Source of the DNA: Eledone cirrhosa
Lineage: Eukaryota
DNA: 64,000 bases
Direction of reading: 5' to 3'
NCBI GenBank assembly: GCA_964016885.1
Contig: OZ024741.1
Span: 87,420,001 to 87,484,000 of the forward strand
Notes under the pieces: model-generated
Told to the model about the DNA's origin: nothing
The model's input: only the letters and a program-made list of their open reading frames with translations
Database searches by the model: none
Shown here: positions 1-13,696 of the stretch, piece after piece
How positions within the stretch are numbered: the stretch's first letter is position 1
Layout: each line of letters starts with the position of its first letter
Position numbers and translations under genes: made by a program

Positions 1-360
1 ATTTTTATGATAGAGGGAGATAGATTTTTGTTATTATATTGCATCAGTTATTATTCGGATGTTAATTTATGTGCAATGTGAGTTGTGTTATTTTGTTAGG
101 TGGTGAATATGTTTCGCATGTACTGTGTAATCGGTGCTACGTGTCTTAGTGGCGGGTGTGTGGTACGTGATTTCATTAACATTAATGTGTTGGAGGTGTG
201 AGTTAGTGTTGATGCGACGGGTATCGTTTATGTACTAGTATGCATTGCATTACTTTATTGGGTGTTAATCCTGTAGAGTAGATGTGTTTTGTTAGGTGCT
301 TACTGTATGCCATGTGTATTGTGTGCGTTGTTTGAGTTGTGAAATCGAATCAGCAATGCT

Positions 361-640
361 TTACACAGGATCTGGACTGTTCCTAGCAGAACTATTTTGA
401 GAATATTTTAACATTGAGCCTTGGTATGGTTTCTATGTTTTTGTTCAGATATGTTTAATCATATCTAGCGCCCCTATTATTATTGGCACTGTTTTTACCT
501 TCATGTCCCACATCTTGTATATCTCAATTTTAAGATCCTTCTATTTTAACAGTTTTTCCATTTCTTTTCGGACAATAGTTTGGTGAGAAGGTATCGTGAT
601 GTCTATCAGTATGCATGTGTTTTTATTCTAGTCTTTGGTA
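361..640 (-). pseudogene. R4/Dong-like non-LTR retrotransposon fragment (C-terminal restriction-like endonuclease)
   Basis: Minus-strand translation gives CILIDITIPSHQ...EKLLK*KDLKIEIYKMWDMKVKTVPIIIGAL...IVLLGTVQIL, homologous to the C-terminus of ORF 15488..16858; contains stops. Confidence 0.8.
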
Positions 641-649
641 TATCTCGAT

Positions 650-815
650 AGTAGATTGGCCGAGCGTAGGAAAAATGCTTAGTAATATTTCTTCCGGTTC
701 TTTACGTTCGGAATTTAAATCCCACCGAAGTCAACTTTGTCTTTCATCCTTCTGAGGCTGATAAAATAAAGTATGAGCAAATTACTGGGGGATGTATTAT
801 CGACTTAACCCCACC
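650..815 (+). mobile_element. Old diverged copy of the dominant tRNA-derived SINE (family A)
   Basis: Diverged match to the SINE core: aaatcccaccgaagtcaactttgtctttcatcc...gataaaataaagta. Confidence 0.7.
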
Positions 816-1769
816 GTACACAGAATGCCGTTGGTGGAATATGTGGGAAGAGGTTTGAACAAAATGTTTGGCGATATTTAGTCGAGTCCTTTTACAAAGC
901 CTACCAAAGGCACTTTTCTATTCCGGATTCTATAAAATATGTTAGCAATCAAGAAGAATAAAGATTTCTAACATAGACGGAAACCTACATTAGAAATCTT
1001 TATTGGTAATTAATTACTTTTATTTAAATCACTGTGAGCGCGACATTGCCATTCCTGCTTCATGTGTTGATAAAAGTTAATTGACTGCCACCCACTCTAA
1101 AATGTATTTCTTTACTCATATATTTCAAATCAATAGTCTTAGTGCGCCAGTCTGATAAAATTTCTGTTTTCTCATATACTCTTATCCTTCATGATCTGTA
1201 TTTAGTTGGCATCATTGAAAAATATTGCTATTCTTTTTGCTTTTTGTTTAGAATTCTTCAATTATGGTTTTATTATTGTGATTTTGTTGTTGCTGATGAT
1301 GATGTTATTTTAGTTGTTGATGTTATTTTTCGTTTTCTTGCTTTAAAATGTCATATATACTTAGAATCATTTTCCTAGCGATTTGCTATCTTCTTTTTTA
1401 TTACTTCAGCCGCAATATTTGCTGTCCATTTATATTTTCGAATTACTTTAGCTTTCTCATACGATCTGTTAAATTGAATATTTTTCCTGGAGTCATTATA
1501 TTTATCGTAGTCTTAATTCAATGTAGCATACAATTACTGTTATTTCAATTTCTTGTTTTCTTAACAATCTCGGGACTACGACCATATATGCCCTGCTCTC
1601 ATACAAAATATTTGAAAGGTGATTAATTTTAGAATTCCATTTTACCTTTGTACCTTTATACATTTAATATTACATCGGTTATGTTTTAATTTGCTAGTAA
1701 AATATATTTTGAGTTGCCCAGATTCAAAACAGTTTCATTGTAGCTGCATATTTATATCAATGTACGCAA

Positions 1770-1915
1770 GAGATTTGCTTCGCAATCATTAAGTCCCGGG
1801 TTCAATCCCACTGCGTGGCACCTTGAGCAAGTGTTATTTACCCTAGCCGTGGGTCGATTCATGCCTTATTAGTGAAATTGGGTAGACGAAAATTACTTGT
1901 AACTCCGTCGGATGG
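1770..1915 (+). mobile_element. tRNA-derived SINE with CORE-like segment
   Basis: B-box-like ggttcaatccc followed by gtggcaccttgagcaagtg...gccttattagtgaaattgggtagacg. Confidence 0.6.
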
Positions 1916-3329
1916 ACTGCACCTCAAAGGGCCAGTCTTGTCATACACAGTAGCATACTGAACCTCTTTGAGAATTATGTGAAAGGTACACGTGTCTGTG
2001 ATTTTCTCAGCCACTTACACGTTGATTTCATGAGCAGGCTGCTCCACTGATCGAACAACTGGAATCCCCATTGTCGAATCTGGCGGAGGTCCGTCAATCA
2101 ATCTGTATATCAAATTAACCTGATTGTCTTAACTGTTTTTATTGCAGATGGTTAAAACATGTTGCATATGAACTTAGCATTATTCTAACGACTCTCTCGG
2201 CTTAGAGAAATATAACTAAATAGAACAACGTATTTGTGTTTTCCTAATAATTTTGGCTACATGGTTACTTTAACAGTAAGAGTGTAACACATATGAAAGG
2301 ATAATTTAAATGGATACGATCAAATGGGGAATAAAACAGAATTGGAAAAGGTTTCTTGATGTCTGTTTCATCTTATAGAATGAAATGAAATGATAAACTT
2401 AAGTAATTTAAAGATAAATGCCAATATTCAATTCACGATAGAATTTAGCAAGGAATTTTCCCAACTTCAGAAATTTTCAAATTTTCCAATTTGCAGACGA
2501 CATTACTGAACAACAGAAATAAACAAGGAAAAATTGGTAATTAACAAATATAATCCAAGCTTAAATGTTTAGGTACAATAAATATTCTGCCAGAAACTCA
2601 CATGACGTGGCTACTGCTATGATTCTTACAGTTTTAAAATTTAGTAACAAAATGATTGAGTCCTATCATAATGTTCTGAAATAAAGCCGAAGATTAGATT
2701 AATTTTATAAGCAGTAACGTCTATGATGAATTTCATGCAAAAACTGGTTGATAAATTGCTCATAGTAAACAGTAATTCATATTTACTATTCTCGGTTGGT
2801 CTCGCTTGGAGATCCAGCCGTGTCAATTGGAGAAGGATGCTTCTGACATGAATATCTGGAAGGTGAGTCAGAGAACTCTGTCCCTACCATCCTCACAGAA
2901 ATAAGAGGGTGAAGAAAGAAGAAGAAGAAGTTTATAATACAAATATACTCTTTGTGTGCTTTTCGTCTTTATATATTTATGTATGTTCTTCTGGTTTCAT
3001 AATTTCACACATTTTTGCCAATAGAGAGAGAGTCGGTTTTTAACATAGTTACAAGACTCTCTCATTGGAATTTACAAAACATCAATTAGGTAGATATGTA
3101 AGCATGTCTGCATGCATGCATGTGTGTGCAGGTATGGATATTATTGTATATGTGGATGTGTATGTTGTGAGTTATATGTGAGCATGTACATATGCTTTGT
3201 ATCTGTACATGTGTATATGCAGTTATTACATGGAGAATTTTTGGAATATTTTACTGTTTTTTTTTACTGTTCCATTTTTACTGTTTTTTTTTTTTACTGT
3301 TCCATTAATGGATTATACTTGTCATTTCC

Positions 3330-5770
3330 TAACTAGTCGTGTTCTTTGTGTTTCTGTAAAGCTCACCTTCTCAAGATTTGTACTGAAGCAATTACTAACA
3401 TATCCCAGTGTCACAATAATCTGAAGGTATAGTCAGGGTGGAGTATCTGTAGATTTCTCATTAGTTCTGCATTAATATTCTCCTTTTGGCTAATCTTTAA
3501 TATTATATTGGCATCTGCTGGGAAGCTAATTTCCACTACTGTGCATGCCTTCTTTTCTCTGTCTCATATGATTATATCTGATCTGTTATACCTGCATTTT
3601 ATAGGGGTTTTGACTGGAACATTCCAACAGTACTCTTTCATATTATGTATGTGTATGTCTCCCACAAAAATTTGGCCAAATTCGTTTCCTATATCCTTTG
3701 GGAATGTTGTAACCAGGTCAAGATTTTTCTTCATCCCATTTATATTTTTGGTATAGAGTTTCAGGTCATCCACAAAGAAATTATGGGTTAGGTTCATATT
3801 TCTGTCATCCTGTGAGCCAATGATGTATCATTCACATTTCTTGAGTAGAAAGGACAAGGGTTTAATGACAGGATATATAGTAGCACAGAGAGACTGTCTC
3901 TTTGAAATATACCCTTGTGATATTCTATTTTATCAGTGAAAATAGAGTCCTCCTTCTCTGTTTTTAACTTTAGGATAGTAACCCAAGAAGAAAAGTTCTC
4001 TGTGACTCTGATATTAATGTCTGGGACTTTAGCAAGTCGGAAGGCCGCTATCATCCAAGAGTGGAGAACTGAATCAAATGCTTTCATGTAGTCCAGCCAG
4101 ACTGTAGCCATATTCCTCCTAAGTTGTCGCACCTCCGACATCGCAGTTTTGTTAATTAGTAGTTGTTCAGCACACCACCAAACACCTTTCTTTCTAGCTG
4201 CTTGTTCATCTGTGCTGATGTCATTACTGTTGCAGTGCTCTTGGAGAAATAGGTTCAGGCAGGCTGTATAAATCTTATACATCAGGTTCTGGGATGCAAT
4301 GGGTCGGTAGATTTTTGCCAAGTGGGTGTCTTTGTTTTGGGGGACTAGTATTGTTTGTGCTAATGTCAACCATTCTGGTATATGACTATCTCCCTTCAGA
4401 ACTTGTTGGTAGAAGTAGATAAGATACATCCGATAGAATATCAGTTTTTTTGTACCAGTAGCCGACAATCAAGGGTATCCTCATTTATTTCGTGTGTTTT
4501 TGTTGTATTGTAGGAGCAATAGTTCGTTTGGATTTCTTTTAATCGCATTGCATCCTGGTTGAAATTGTTCTTTTCACCCCATATTTTTCTCCAGAAGGAA
4601 TTTATGTCTTTCTGGGATGGGGCATCAGTGACATTTATTACTTTGCCCTTCATATTTCTATAGACTGATGTTTGGTTTCGTCTGAATCTTTTATTAAGTA
4701 CTTTTCTTTCATCTACTCTCTTCAGTTATCGGCGTTTCTTGCTAACAGCTCCCAATTCTTGTTTGAGGGTGATCAGCTTATATTGAAGAGTTATGGTTGT
4801 ACTGTCACCATACATCGTTTTATTTTTCATTCTTTATTGGTGAGGAGTGAAGTTTTTTGTTTTTGTTTGCATGTAAGGAGCATTGTCACATATCCTATAG
4901 TATTTCGTAGGTCAGCAATCTATTTTTCTATTTTAGTTATATATTATGGTATTTTTTTTGGTGGTGTTTTGTTCTTGTTTATATCTCTGCTATCACCAAG
5001 ATAATGCTTCACTGTCATTGCTAGGGAATATAAACAGCGTTAATTTGCCAACATGTGGGTGTTTTAAATCGTCGTAAATATTCATCCCTTATTTCGTCAG
5101 TAGCACGTAAGATTTCATTATTTGGTTTAGTATTTAGTATTTAGTATTTCGTTCAAATCCCGCCGAGGTTAACTTTGCCTTTCATCCTTACGGGGTCGAT
5201 AAAATAAAGTACCAGTAATGCACTGGGTAATTGCTGGCCTTGTGCCTAACGTAGAAACAATTATTTGGTTTAGTATTGTTGTTTTATTACGTTCAGCAAA
5301 ATAAATTGTTATACATGAATTAGTTTCGCTCTGCAAGATTTCGTTGAGGAATAATTTCAATTGTTTATATTTTTTATTATTATTATCAATAGTGTTTTCC
5401 ATAGCAGTCAAGACAGACTCAGCTGGTACACGTGGTGTCAAATTTCTTACGGGCATAGATATTTCAAGAAACTGTTCGACCTGGCTGCTAGAAAGTCTAG
5501 TAGCATGGCGACCTGTAGCACGTGTTGTTGATTCCATGTTTGTTCTGGGGGACTTATAATTAATAATATTTATCTTATTTTTACGTTCAACAAACGTCAC
5601 TTGTTGGCGTAATTGTTTGACTGTGAAGTGATTTAGCTCTGGATGTATTTCGTCCCGGTGTAGCTTCATTCTGTTCATATAGCCAACGGAGGGATTTTTT
5701 TTCCGCCACTTTATAACAATTAAATAAATCATCATTACATCATTAAGTTCGCAACTCCAACAGAAATGCG
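3330..5770 (-). pseudogene. Decayed R4/Dong-like non-LTR retrotransposon (N-terminal region and RT), interrupted by a SINE
   Basis: Frameshifted ORFs 5169..5735, 4441..4653, 3794..4468 and 3564..3797 with RT motifs YRPIA, WLDYMKAFDSV, GIFQRDSLS and FVDDLKLY. Confidence 0.85.
5151..5265 (+). mobile_element. 5'-truncated SINE family A with 18-bp target-site duplication
   Basis: SINE body gttcaaatcccgccgagg...gtagaaacaattatt; TSD attatttggtttagtatt at 5117-5134 and 5260-5277. Confidence 0.9.
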
Positions 5771-6084
5771 ATTTATAATTTCAGTTTCCTTTTTCATTGA
5801 TTTTCTCACCGATTTTCTCCGGTAAATTTGTTTCATTCCTTGTGTTCACCCATGCTGTTTGTAGCAAATCCTTGTACAATGAATTATGTATTTAGTCGGA
5901 TATCTCTACGAATTCGAATAAAATGTGTTTTCAGTGGATTTAGCTAGAAGAATACTAAGTTATTCAACATGACTGGTAGTTGTGGCATTGCTGTCGGAGA
6001 TAGTATTCATCTTAAATTTAATGAATAGTCTTCCACGCCAAAATGTGCGACTGATCGCGTTGACTGACTGTGTATGTATGTATG

Positions 6085-6163
<79 letters not shown>

Positions 6164-6342
6164 TGAAGAGGAAGTATATATATTGACTGAAGTAGCAGGT
6201 AAATAGAAAAAGAGAGATTGCTTCGAAAGGCGCACGCATGCAAACACACACACACACGAACTATTCAATGCTGTCTGTTAATAGCGTTTGTGCAAAGTTC
6301 ACACTTTCTTTGTTGTATTAACATATCGTGTATGAAAATATA

Positions 6343-6645
6343 TAGAGGGTTGGACGCCATGCTTTCTATCATAGTTACGTCCCTTTACGGTCTGAGTTCA
6401 AATCCCGTCGAGGTTAACTTTGCCTTTCATCCTTACGGGGTCGATAAAATAAAGTACCAGTAATGTACTGGGTAATTTCTGGCCTTGTGCCAAAAGTAGA
6501 AATAATTATTACATATAACCTATATGTAATAATTGTTTCCACGTTAGGCACAAGGCCAGAAATTACCCAGTGTATTACATAAGTCTCTGATGCAAAGCAT
6601 GGTGTCTGATGCTCTACTGATACTGCCAATCCACCGCCTTAATAA
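6343..6645. mobile_element. Two SINE family A copies tail-to-tail (+ 6343-6510; - 6528-6645, internally deleted)
   Basis: Both match the SINE sequence seen repeatedly in the window. The minus copy retains the 5' head aggcggtggattggcagtatc. Confidence 0.85.
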
Positions 6646-7309
6646 TAATAACAATAATAATAATACTTAATATTCACAGAATATTTAACCCTAAATTGTT
6701 ACTTCAGCATTGTAAAAAGGAATTTTGTAGTGACATGGGTTACTATATAAATTTACGTTTTCAGATACTTTCATAATAGAAAATGTACAAAATATTATGA
6801 GCAACAGGAAATATATCGAAAAAAAAACATGAATATAAAGAATAAAGAAAGTATTTGAAAACAAAAAAAAAGAAAAAAAAAAGAGAAAAAAAGAAAATAA
6901 GTCAATAATTCAATAAATAAATGAAATATCCAGAATGCCAACGAAAAACCTGTTTGAAGTTTTATTTAGTTATTTCTACAGCACAAATAAGATGACTATA
7001 TTTCATACTTTGCCTAGAGGATTTAAGCATTCTGTAGCCTAACTATTCTACACAATACCAGATTTTCCACTCTATCGGTAACATATACATGTAGAACATC
7101 GCCTGGGGTGGAGTTTCCTCTACTAAGTAAATAAGGATGGGTGGATGTGTGTGTGTATATGTATATATATATTATATAAATACGTAAATATATATATGCA
7201 CACACACATATATAGACATACATATAAATACATGCATAAACATACACACACGCTCACATACATACACATATATATATGTATACACACCTATACACACACA
7301 CACACACAT

Positions 7310-7398
<89 letters not shown>

Positions 7399-7429
7399 TA
7401 TATGTGTGTGTGTGTGGAGTGTGTGTAAA

Positions 7430-7575
7430 TATTGATATATTTGGAGATGGCCATCGTATCAATATTGCCAATAAAAGCATTCGCACTATTATAGTTTCAT
7501 TTCTGCTTTATTATTAGTTATTAGTTAGTTCGTCAAAGTTCGTTCGCTACACATTCTGTGACCTCAATGACTATT
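7430..7575 (-). mobile_element. Degenerate solo Penelope pseudo-LTR fragment with decayed hammerhead
   Basis: gtcaaagttcgttcgctacacattctgtgacctc and ttgccaataaaagca resemble the pLTR at 52230-52403; adjacent to a (TA)n/(TG)n tract. Confidence 0.55.
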
Positions 7576-8229
7576 TCTTTTCCTCTGTACCTTCTCTTTC
7601 CCTTTATATATTGTAGATTTACTAAGGCGATCAATCCTTTTATTGTCAGAATATGAGACACAAATTTGTTACTTGTTAATAGTATTATGGGCGGTTGTCG
7701 AACTAGAACCAATTTTGACAGAAATCTCCCGTTCCGAATAACTTATGTCGTATAGGGCTACTCTTTGGATTCGTTGCCAAGAACAATGCTGTCGAGCAAG
7801 TAAACAGTCTTTAAATTAGCACAAAAAAAAATGTGTTACAGACATTTGAATAATCAAGAAGGTGTAATTGATTGAGACTATTGAAAGTATTTTACAAAAG
7901 ACAAAGTCAATGAAGCAATACTTTGCAATAATTAAGAAGTTAAAAAAGAATTACTAGACCATTATAAACGTTTGGTTATGAATGTTAGTGTGAATTTTTA
8001 AATTAAAAGTTTTCGCTGAAAAACAAATGAATTATGAAGTGTAAATACTTTCAACCACTCGTCTGTACTCAGAAATATTCATAGAAATATTCCTCAGTAC
8101 ACAGAATTATAGGGATAATTGTTCGCTGATGAGAAAATATATATCTCTGAAATGCACGAGGATAATCACTAACAGATACTTCGCAGCTCCTCGATTATCT
8201 ATTTCTTTGTAGTTATTAAGATAATACAC

Positions 8230-8278
8230 GTGCCTTCTGATGAAAGCCCAACTTGGCTCGAAGACCGGTTAAAAGTAT
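8230..8278 (+). ncRNA. Degenerate minimal hammerhead ribozyme
   Basis: CTGATGA-aagcc/ggctc stem II-GAAG(A)-palindromic accggt; stem I imperfect. Confidence 0.45.
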
Positions 8279-8439
8279 TTATTATGTTTCAACTTACCAA
8301 ATATATTTGGCATGATTATATATCTAAGTACTAAAAGTGTGTATAAATGTAGTCTCGTTTGCTGATATTCTGTATAAATACAGAGATTTTACCATGTATT
8401 TCGGCTACTTAGCGCACAACTTTATATATATATATATAT

Positions 8440-8779
8440 AAATTAGTAAAAACAATGAATAAAAAGACAGCATATATATGTGTAGGTATGTATATTCCCT
8501 CTGATAGTTTGTAAAATTTTTACATAGATCTATATGATATACATACCAATACACACATATATATCCTAGAAACGATCGTAAAACGATGATTTTTTTTTAA
8601 TATAAGGAACTGTTTCTTTGTTTTTATTCATTGTTTTTATTAATTTATCTTGACTCTGTTTTCCTGTGATTTTCATCGAAAAAAAAAATGTTGAATACAC
8701 CTTCTCTTTTCATGATATTTGGATTACATTGAGTTCTTCATACGGATTGGACACTACCGTATATTTTGGTAGATTTATC

Positions 8780-8782
<3 letters not shown>
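8440..8782 (+). mobile_element. Non-autonomous (TA)n-embedded element, homologous to 46740-47283, with short 5' inversion and truncated HHR
   Basis: Clear similarity to the reverse complement of 46740-47070. 8440-8465 is the reverse complement of ~8620-8645. Flanked by (TA)n. Confidence 0.8.
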
Positions 8783-8822
<40 letters not shown>

Positions 8823-8829
<7 letters not shown>

Positions 8830-9248
8830 TTCAAAATATTAACAAAAATAGACATTCGTGTGATCAAGTATATTTTATTATACATATTTCAGAGGTACTG
8901 AGCTATCTTCAACAGTACGTCCTCATCAGATAAAATAAGATAATGCATGACATACCCTGACTTAGTAGATGGTTAAGATTCAGTCATGGTAGACTGAATC
9001 TTAACCATCTACTAAGTCAGGGTATGTCATGCATTATCTTATTTTATCTGATGAGGACGTACTGTTGAAGATAGCTCAGTACCTCTGAAATATGTATAAT
9101 AAAATATACTTGATCACACGAATGTCTATTTTTGTTAATATTTAGAATTAATATTAATAACTCTGGAAAACCAAAACTGTTGAGTGCTTCCAATCTATTG
9201 TAAAACTCATTCTTTGATTTATTCATTGAACATTGTTTAACCTTTAAA
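8823..9248 (+). mobile_element. Fold-back non-autonomous element: 163-bp inverted arms (8823-8985 / 8992-9154) plus 3' tail ending in (TA)n
   Basis: Near-perfect palindrome (1 mismatch seen) around the loop atggta; flanked by (TA)n on both sides. Confidence 0.9.
9040..9106 (+). ncRNA. Type I hammerhead ribozyme (mirror copy on - strand at 8871-8937)
   Basis: Stem I tattttat/ataaaata, CTGATGA, stem II ggacgtactg/cagtacctct, GAAA, minimal stem III atatgtat, AUA cleavage triplet. Confidence 0.8.
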
Positions 9249-10526
9249 TATATATATATATATATATTGTTATACTTTGGGAGGGGCAATAAGAAATCTC
9301 GCAAAACAAATTCAAAAACGAATTGTATATATATGAAAATATAGTCACCACAATGCAGATAACTATAACAATTGTTGATAACTTGAGATGAGATAATATT
9401 TCAATAAATGGGGTTCAGTGCCCTAGAGATGGAATGAAGTGGGCAGAGACACCTACGGGGACTCAACCACCACATCCCTCGTATGCTGAGTGAACGTATT
9501 TAACCATTACACCATTTATTAAATACCACACCATGTGTGGTGAATTGGCTGAATTGTTGAAACGTCGCATTGGATGGTTTGTGATATCTGTTTAGTTTTG
9601 TGAATTCACTGGCGGTTCATGAATATTCTCCTTATTAACACTAAATTTGAAATCAGCGATTTGCAATAACATTAGTATTCATGGAACTCCTAGCAGATGG
9701 AAAATTTGGAAGCAGCATGTGAAGAGCTGGAACAGATAATCCACTTTAGAACTGACACTTTATTTATTGACAAGGAAATTATGAAAGACGAAATTGACTT
9801 CAGCGCGATTCAAACTCAAAACGCCATGAACTGGAACAAATACTGTAAAACATTCTTTCCAAGATGTATGTGTGTGCATGCGTGTTTGTGTGTGTGTGTG
9901 CATGTGCATAAGAATATCGATGAAAGATACTTATATCGATGAGAAATTGATGATAAATGAGCGTTTGAACAAAAATACATTGTAGCATTTAGTTTTTACA
10001 CGGAAACTCCTTTGTCTATCACCATGCAATAAATAGTTATTATCCTGAAGGAAATTCATAGTCAATAATGCTATTATTCCCACATGCATGAAATAATAAA
10101 CGATATAAATAAAAGTCTAATTGTGTCCGTCCGTGTGTCAGTCCACTCATTAAAAAATAAAATTAAATTAAATGAAGAAACAACAAATTTCATTTGAAAT
10201 CAGAGGCAGTGGTGCAGAATTTTGATCTCGTTTGAAAATTAATTACCTTGGACGTATTTTAGCATGCTAACTATTTGTTGTTTTATAGGCGATGTTTTTT
10301 TTCTGCGGCTTAGCTAGAGGATGAAGATCGGCGCCCATACAAATCCATATCACATATGTGTATTTCAAACTTAGCTGGATCTCATCTTTGTAGTACCGAA
10401 TTTTAGATTATTCATGAGAATCAAGAGGGATGCAGTTTTTCAAAGCGTGAAAAGTATGGGAGAGAGGAAGATAATGAACATACTCTTTTCTTCAAATCAG
10501 AAGGCTAAAGTGATAGACAAATAGAT

Positions 10527-10600
<74 letters not shown>

Positions 10601-10829
10601 AAAGGGATGAAGGGGCTAAGGGATTCCTTTGTTTTTCACCTCATAGGCTTTCATGGCGGTTCCTCCTCGAATTCAAATGTTTATGAAAAATTTCTGTTAA
10701 TCTGTTTAAGCCTTTTTCTCTTGGTTAAGCCGTAAATTAGGGTATATATCATTTAATGCGAGCAGGAAACGAACTTAGTTCCTCATCTACTCCTGATTGT
10801 TGCCTTTACGACAATTGAAACAAGCCAAT

Positions 10830-11003
10830 GATAATTGTTTCTACTACTGGCACAAGGCCAGCAATTATTACAGTACATTACTGGTACTTTATTTTATCGA
10901 CCCCGTAAGGATGAAAGGCAAAGTTAACCTCGGCGGGATTTGAACTCAGAATGGCAAGAGCCATAACTCTATGGCGTCCGACCCTCTACCGATACTGCCA
11001 ATT
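10830..11003 (-). mobile_element. SINE family A
   Basis: Reverse complement of the SINE sequence, including the B-box-like gagttcaaatcc. Confidence 0.9.
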
Positions 11004-11859
11004 CAAATCCAAATATCCAAATATTTCCTTTAGACGAATTCAGTTGGAGACTCTTTGACAACCTTTACATTAAATGTGCCATTGTTAGAAATCATTATTG
11101 TTTACAAATTCAATGCTATTTCTTGTGGAAGAACAAATCTTCCACCATATCCATTAATTGTAAGCAACAACAATTCATAAAATACAACATCGTATGAAAT
11201 TTTATTCTTCTATCTAATTATTCATTTGTTTAAGTAAGTTACTTTATTTATTTATTTTTTACGCGGACTTAAAATTATTGTGTAAATTTAATTTTAAAAG
11301 CCAGCATAGGAAATAAAATGTAAAAAAAATTTCATAATTAATTCACATACTTACCGAAAAAACAGCACACAAATATAATTGAATACAAAGTGCAGAATAT
11401 TATCTTCACGCGTAGCTGATCAAAAGGATTGACAAATTCAGTCCAGATTTTCTCTGATGTATAATTGCTTGATGTATTGAAGTTTTCGGAAAACATTCTC
11501 TTTGAATTTTTCAAAAGGGATATATTCCGCTTTCGTTTAAAGTTATATAATCAGCTTCTGACTGACGTTGGCGCTGCTATACGATTGAAATTGTAATCAT
11601 TTATTACAAATACTTTTCCTACCAGATTGCCGTCTTATGTGGAGCAGGATTTTGATTATTTCCAGTGTAAACTCTAACGAAAAGGAAAGAACAGTTAGTT
11701 TGAAATCAAAATGTTTTAAAACTGTAAATGAGTAACAAAGAATTTAAACAGAAAATCACTATTCTTTTTTCATTAGGTCTAGTTACGCTGACATTCAATT
11801 CACCCGCTATTTACATTAATAATGATTTCGTTATTAGCCACACAAGGCTTAAATATTGA

Positions 11860-12265
11860 CTTCTAATTTAGGTACAAGGCCAGCAATTTCGGGTAAAAGA
11901 CAGTGTTGATTAAGGTAACCCCAGTACTTAACTGGTAATTTATTTTATCGACCCTGGAAGGATGAAAGGCAAAGTTGATCTCGGCGGTATTTGAAATTAG
12001 AATGTAAAGAGCTAGAACAAATACCACAATTCATTTTATCCGACGCTCTGAAGATTCTGTTAATATGCCGCATTTCTGTTATATTATGCAATATACTGCA
12101 TTTAGACCCTTTAGCTTCTGAGTTCAAATACGGTGGCGGCCGGCTCTGCCTTTCAGTGGTCCGAAATTAAGTAAAATAAGTACCAGTCAAGTACTGGGGT
12201 TGATACAATCGACTAAAGGCCGTCAAAGAATGTGTGGTCATGCGTCTATGTTAGAAATCTATAAA
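11860..12265. mobile_element. Two older SINE family A-related copies, head-to-head (- 11860-12075; + 12100-12265)
   Basis: Diverged matches to the SINE core and tail. Confidence 0.7.
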
Positions 12266-13696
12266 TATGGAGTCGTCGGTAGAGTGACAGTAGGGTGCTG
12301 GATTAAATGCTTTGCAGAGTTTAACTGCGTATTTTTTACACAATAAAAACACTGACTCTTATCTTACCTAATCAGGCTTCATTAAAACAATTACACCCTA
12401 TCATCACCTTATAGATTTTAAACGTTATATCAATGTCAGGAATTGAGGTCTGTTAATACAGATGCTGATGGAGGTGACAGATTGGTAAACTTGCAGTATT
12501 TGTTTAATCTCTCATTGTTGTGATTGTTCCTAATAGAAAGTTAATGTTACAATTTGTGATGAAGTAGCTAAATGGCTTCAACTGAATTTTACTTCAAATT
12601 TGAAACTTCTGGATAGAACTTGGCCATTATGAGTGTGCCTTGGGTAAGATTGGTTGTGCAATTTGCATTATATATGGAATATAGTTCCACTCCGAAAATG
12701 CTACTCCATTGGTATCTTTAATATTCATAGAAATCGATGGCGTCCTCAAGAGAGAAGTGAAAATTATAATTCATCTAAGATTATAGCAATTTAGAAACTT
12801 TCTCAGCGCAAAGTTTAAGAAATTGGTTTTTGTATAAAGAATATTTCGAAATAACTAAAATTCTAGTAAATACTTCAAATTCTTTATTTAAAACAGATTT
12901 AAATAGAGTGTTCAGATAAAGTTATTCCCGTCACGTATTGTAAAAGTCTTCGATATTGAAATAATCATCAGCTATATATCACTAGAGACTCCTTTTGTTC
13001 GCATTCGCCAATTTTCTAAACTGATAGCCGAAACGTTGTTATTTAATTTCTTATGGCTTTGTCATAAATCAGCTCTTATTGTGCAGTACTATGATAAAAG
13101 GCGTTTCAGCCATGACCATCTTACGTTTTAAAAGCAAATATATATGGTTAAATTGTGCAATGTCCTAAAAAGCGTTCCAACCATGATTATACCACCATTT
13201 TACATATCTATGACTATACTGTACACTGTGTTCTTCTTATTATAGAGATGGTAGGGTACGATATGAGTAAATTTGGCTGTAATTGTTAACTGTCGAGCAA
13301 CGGCATATAGGTTCTGATTTCTTTTATAGTGACAGACCTTCTCCATTAAATATTAGATATTCTCTTCTGTGCATATTGGTTAATATAGTACACCATTTTG
13401 AGCTAACATTTTCATGGTTTTTATGCCTATAACAAATTTTCAAGTAAATGAACCCTTCCCTTCTTTGAAAGTAACGAATATTTGCTTTCGTTAATGTGAT
13501 AGATAGAATTTAAAAAAACACACTTTCCACTAACATTATTAGGTGAAAAAATGGACGAGAGCTTGCATGTTTTCATGATGAATTTTGACTTACGCAAGTC
13601 ATATGTAACACGTCTTGCTGAGGTAGAAACAACAACTGCAGCAGCAGTAGCATCAGCATCAACATCACCAACAGTGTTATTATTATTATTATTATT

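Noticed and set aside
2714-2868. Exon-like segment ending in AAG|GTGAGT
   Set aside because: Stops in all frames from the plausible acceptors; no homology recognised.
5960-7486. ORFs rich in IY/HT/CV repeats (also near 33.7, 39.8, 46.5, 52, 59 and 62 kb)
   Set aside because: They are translations of (TA)n/(CA)n microsatellites, not genes.
8120-8165. CTGATGA...GAAA hammerhead-like string
   Set aside because: Stem II does not pair and there is no NUH triplet.
9697-9845. Possible host exon (cag|ATGGAAAAT..., MENLEAACEELEQII...)
   Set aside because: No recognisable domain, weak donor, and no partner exons identifiable; cannot be supported without RNA or homology data.
12537-12650. Exon-like segment tag|AAAG...TGG|GTAAGA
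   Set aside because: The longest frame terminates before the donor; a lncRNA exon cannot be distinguished from chance.
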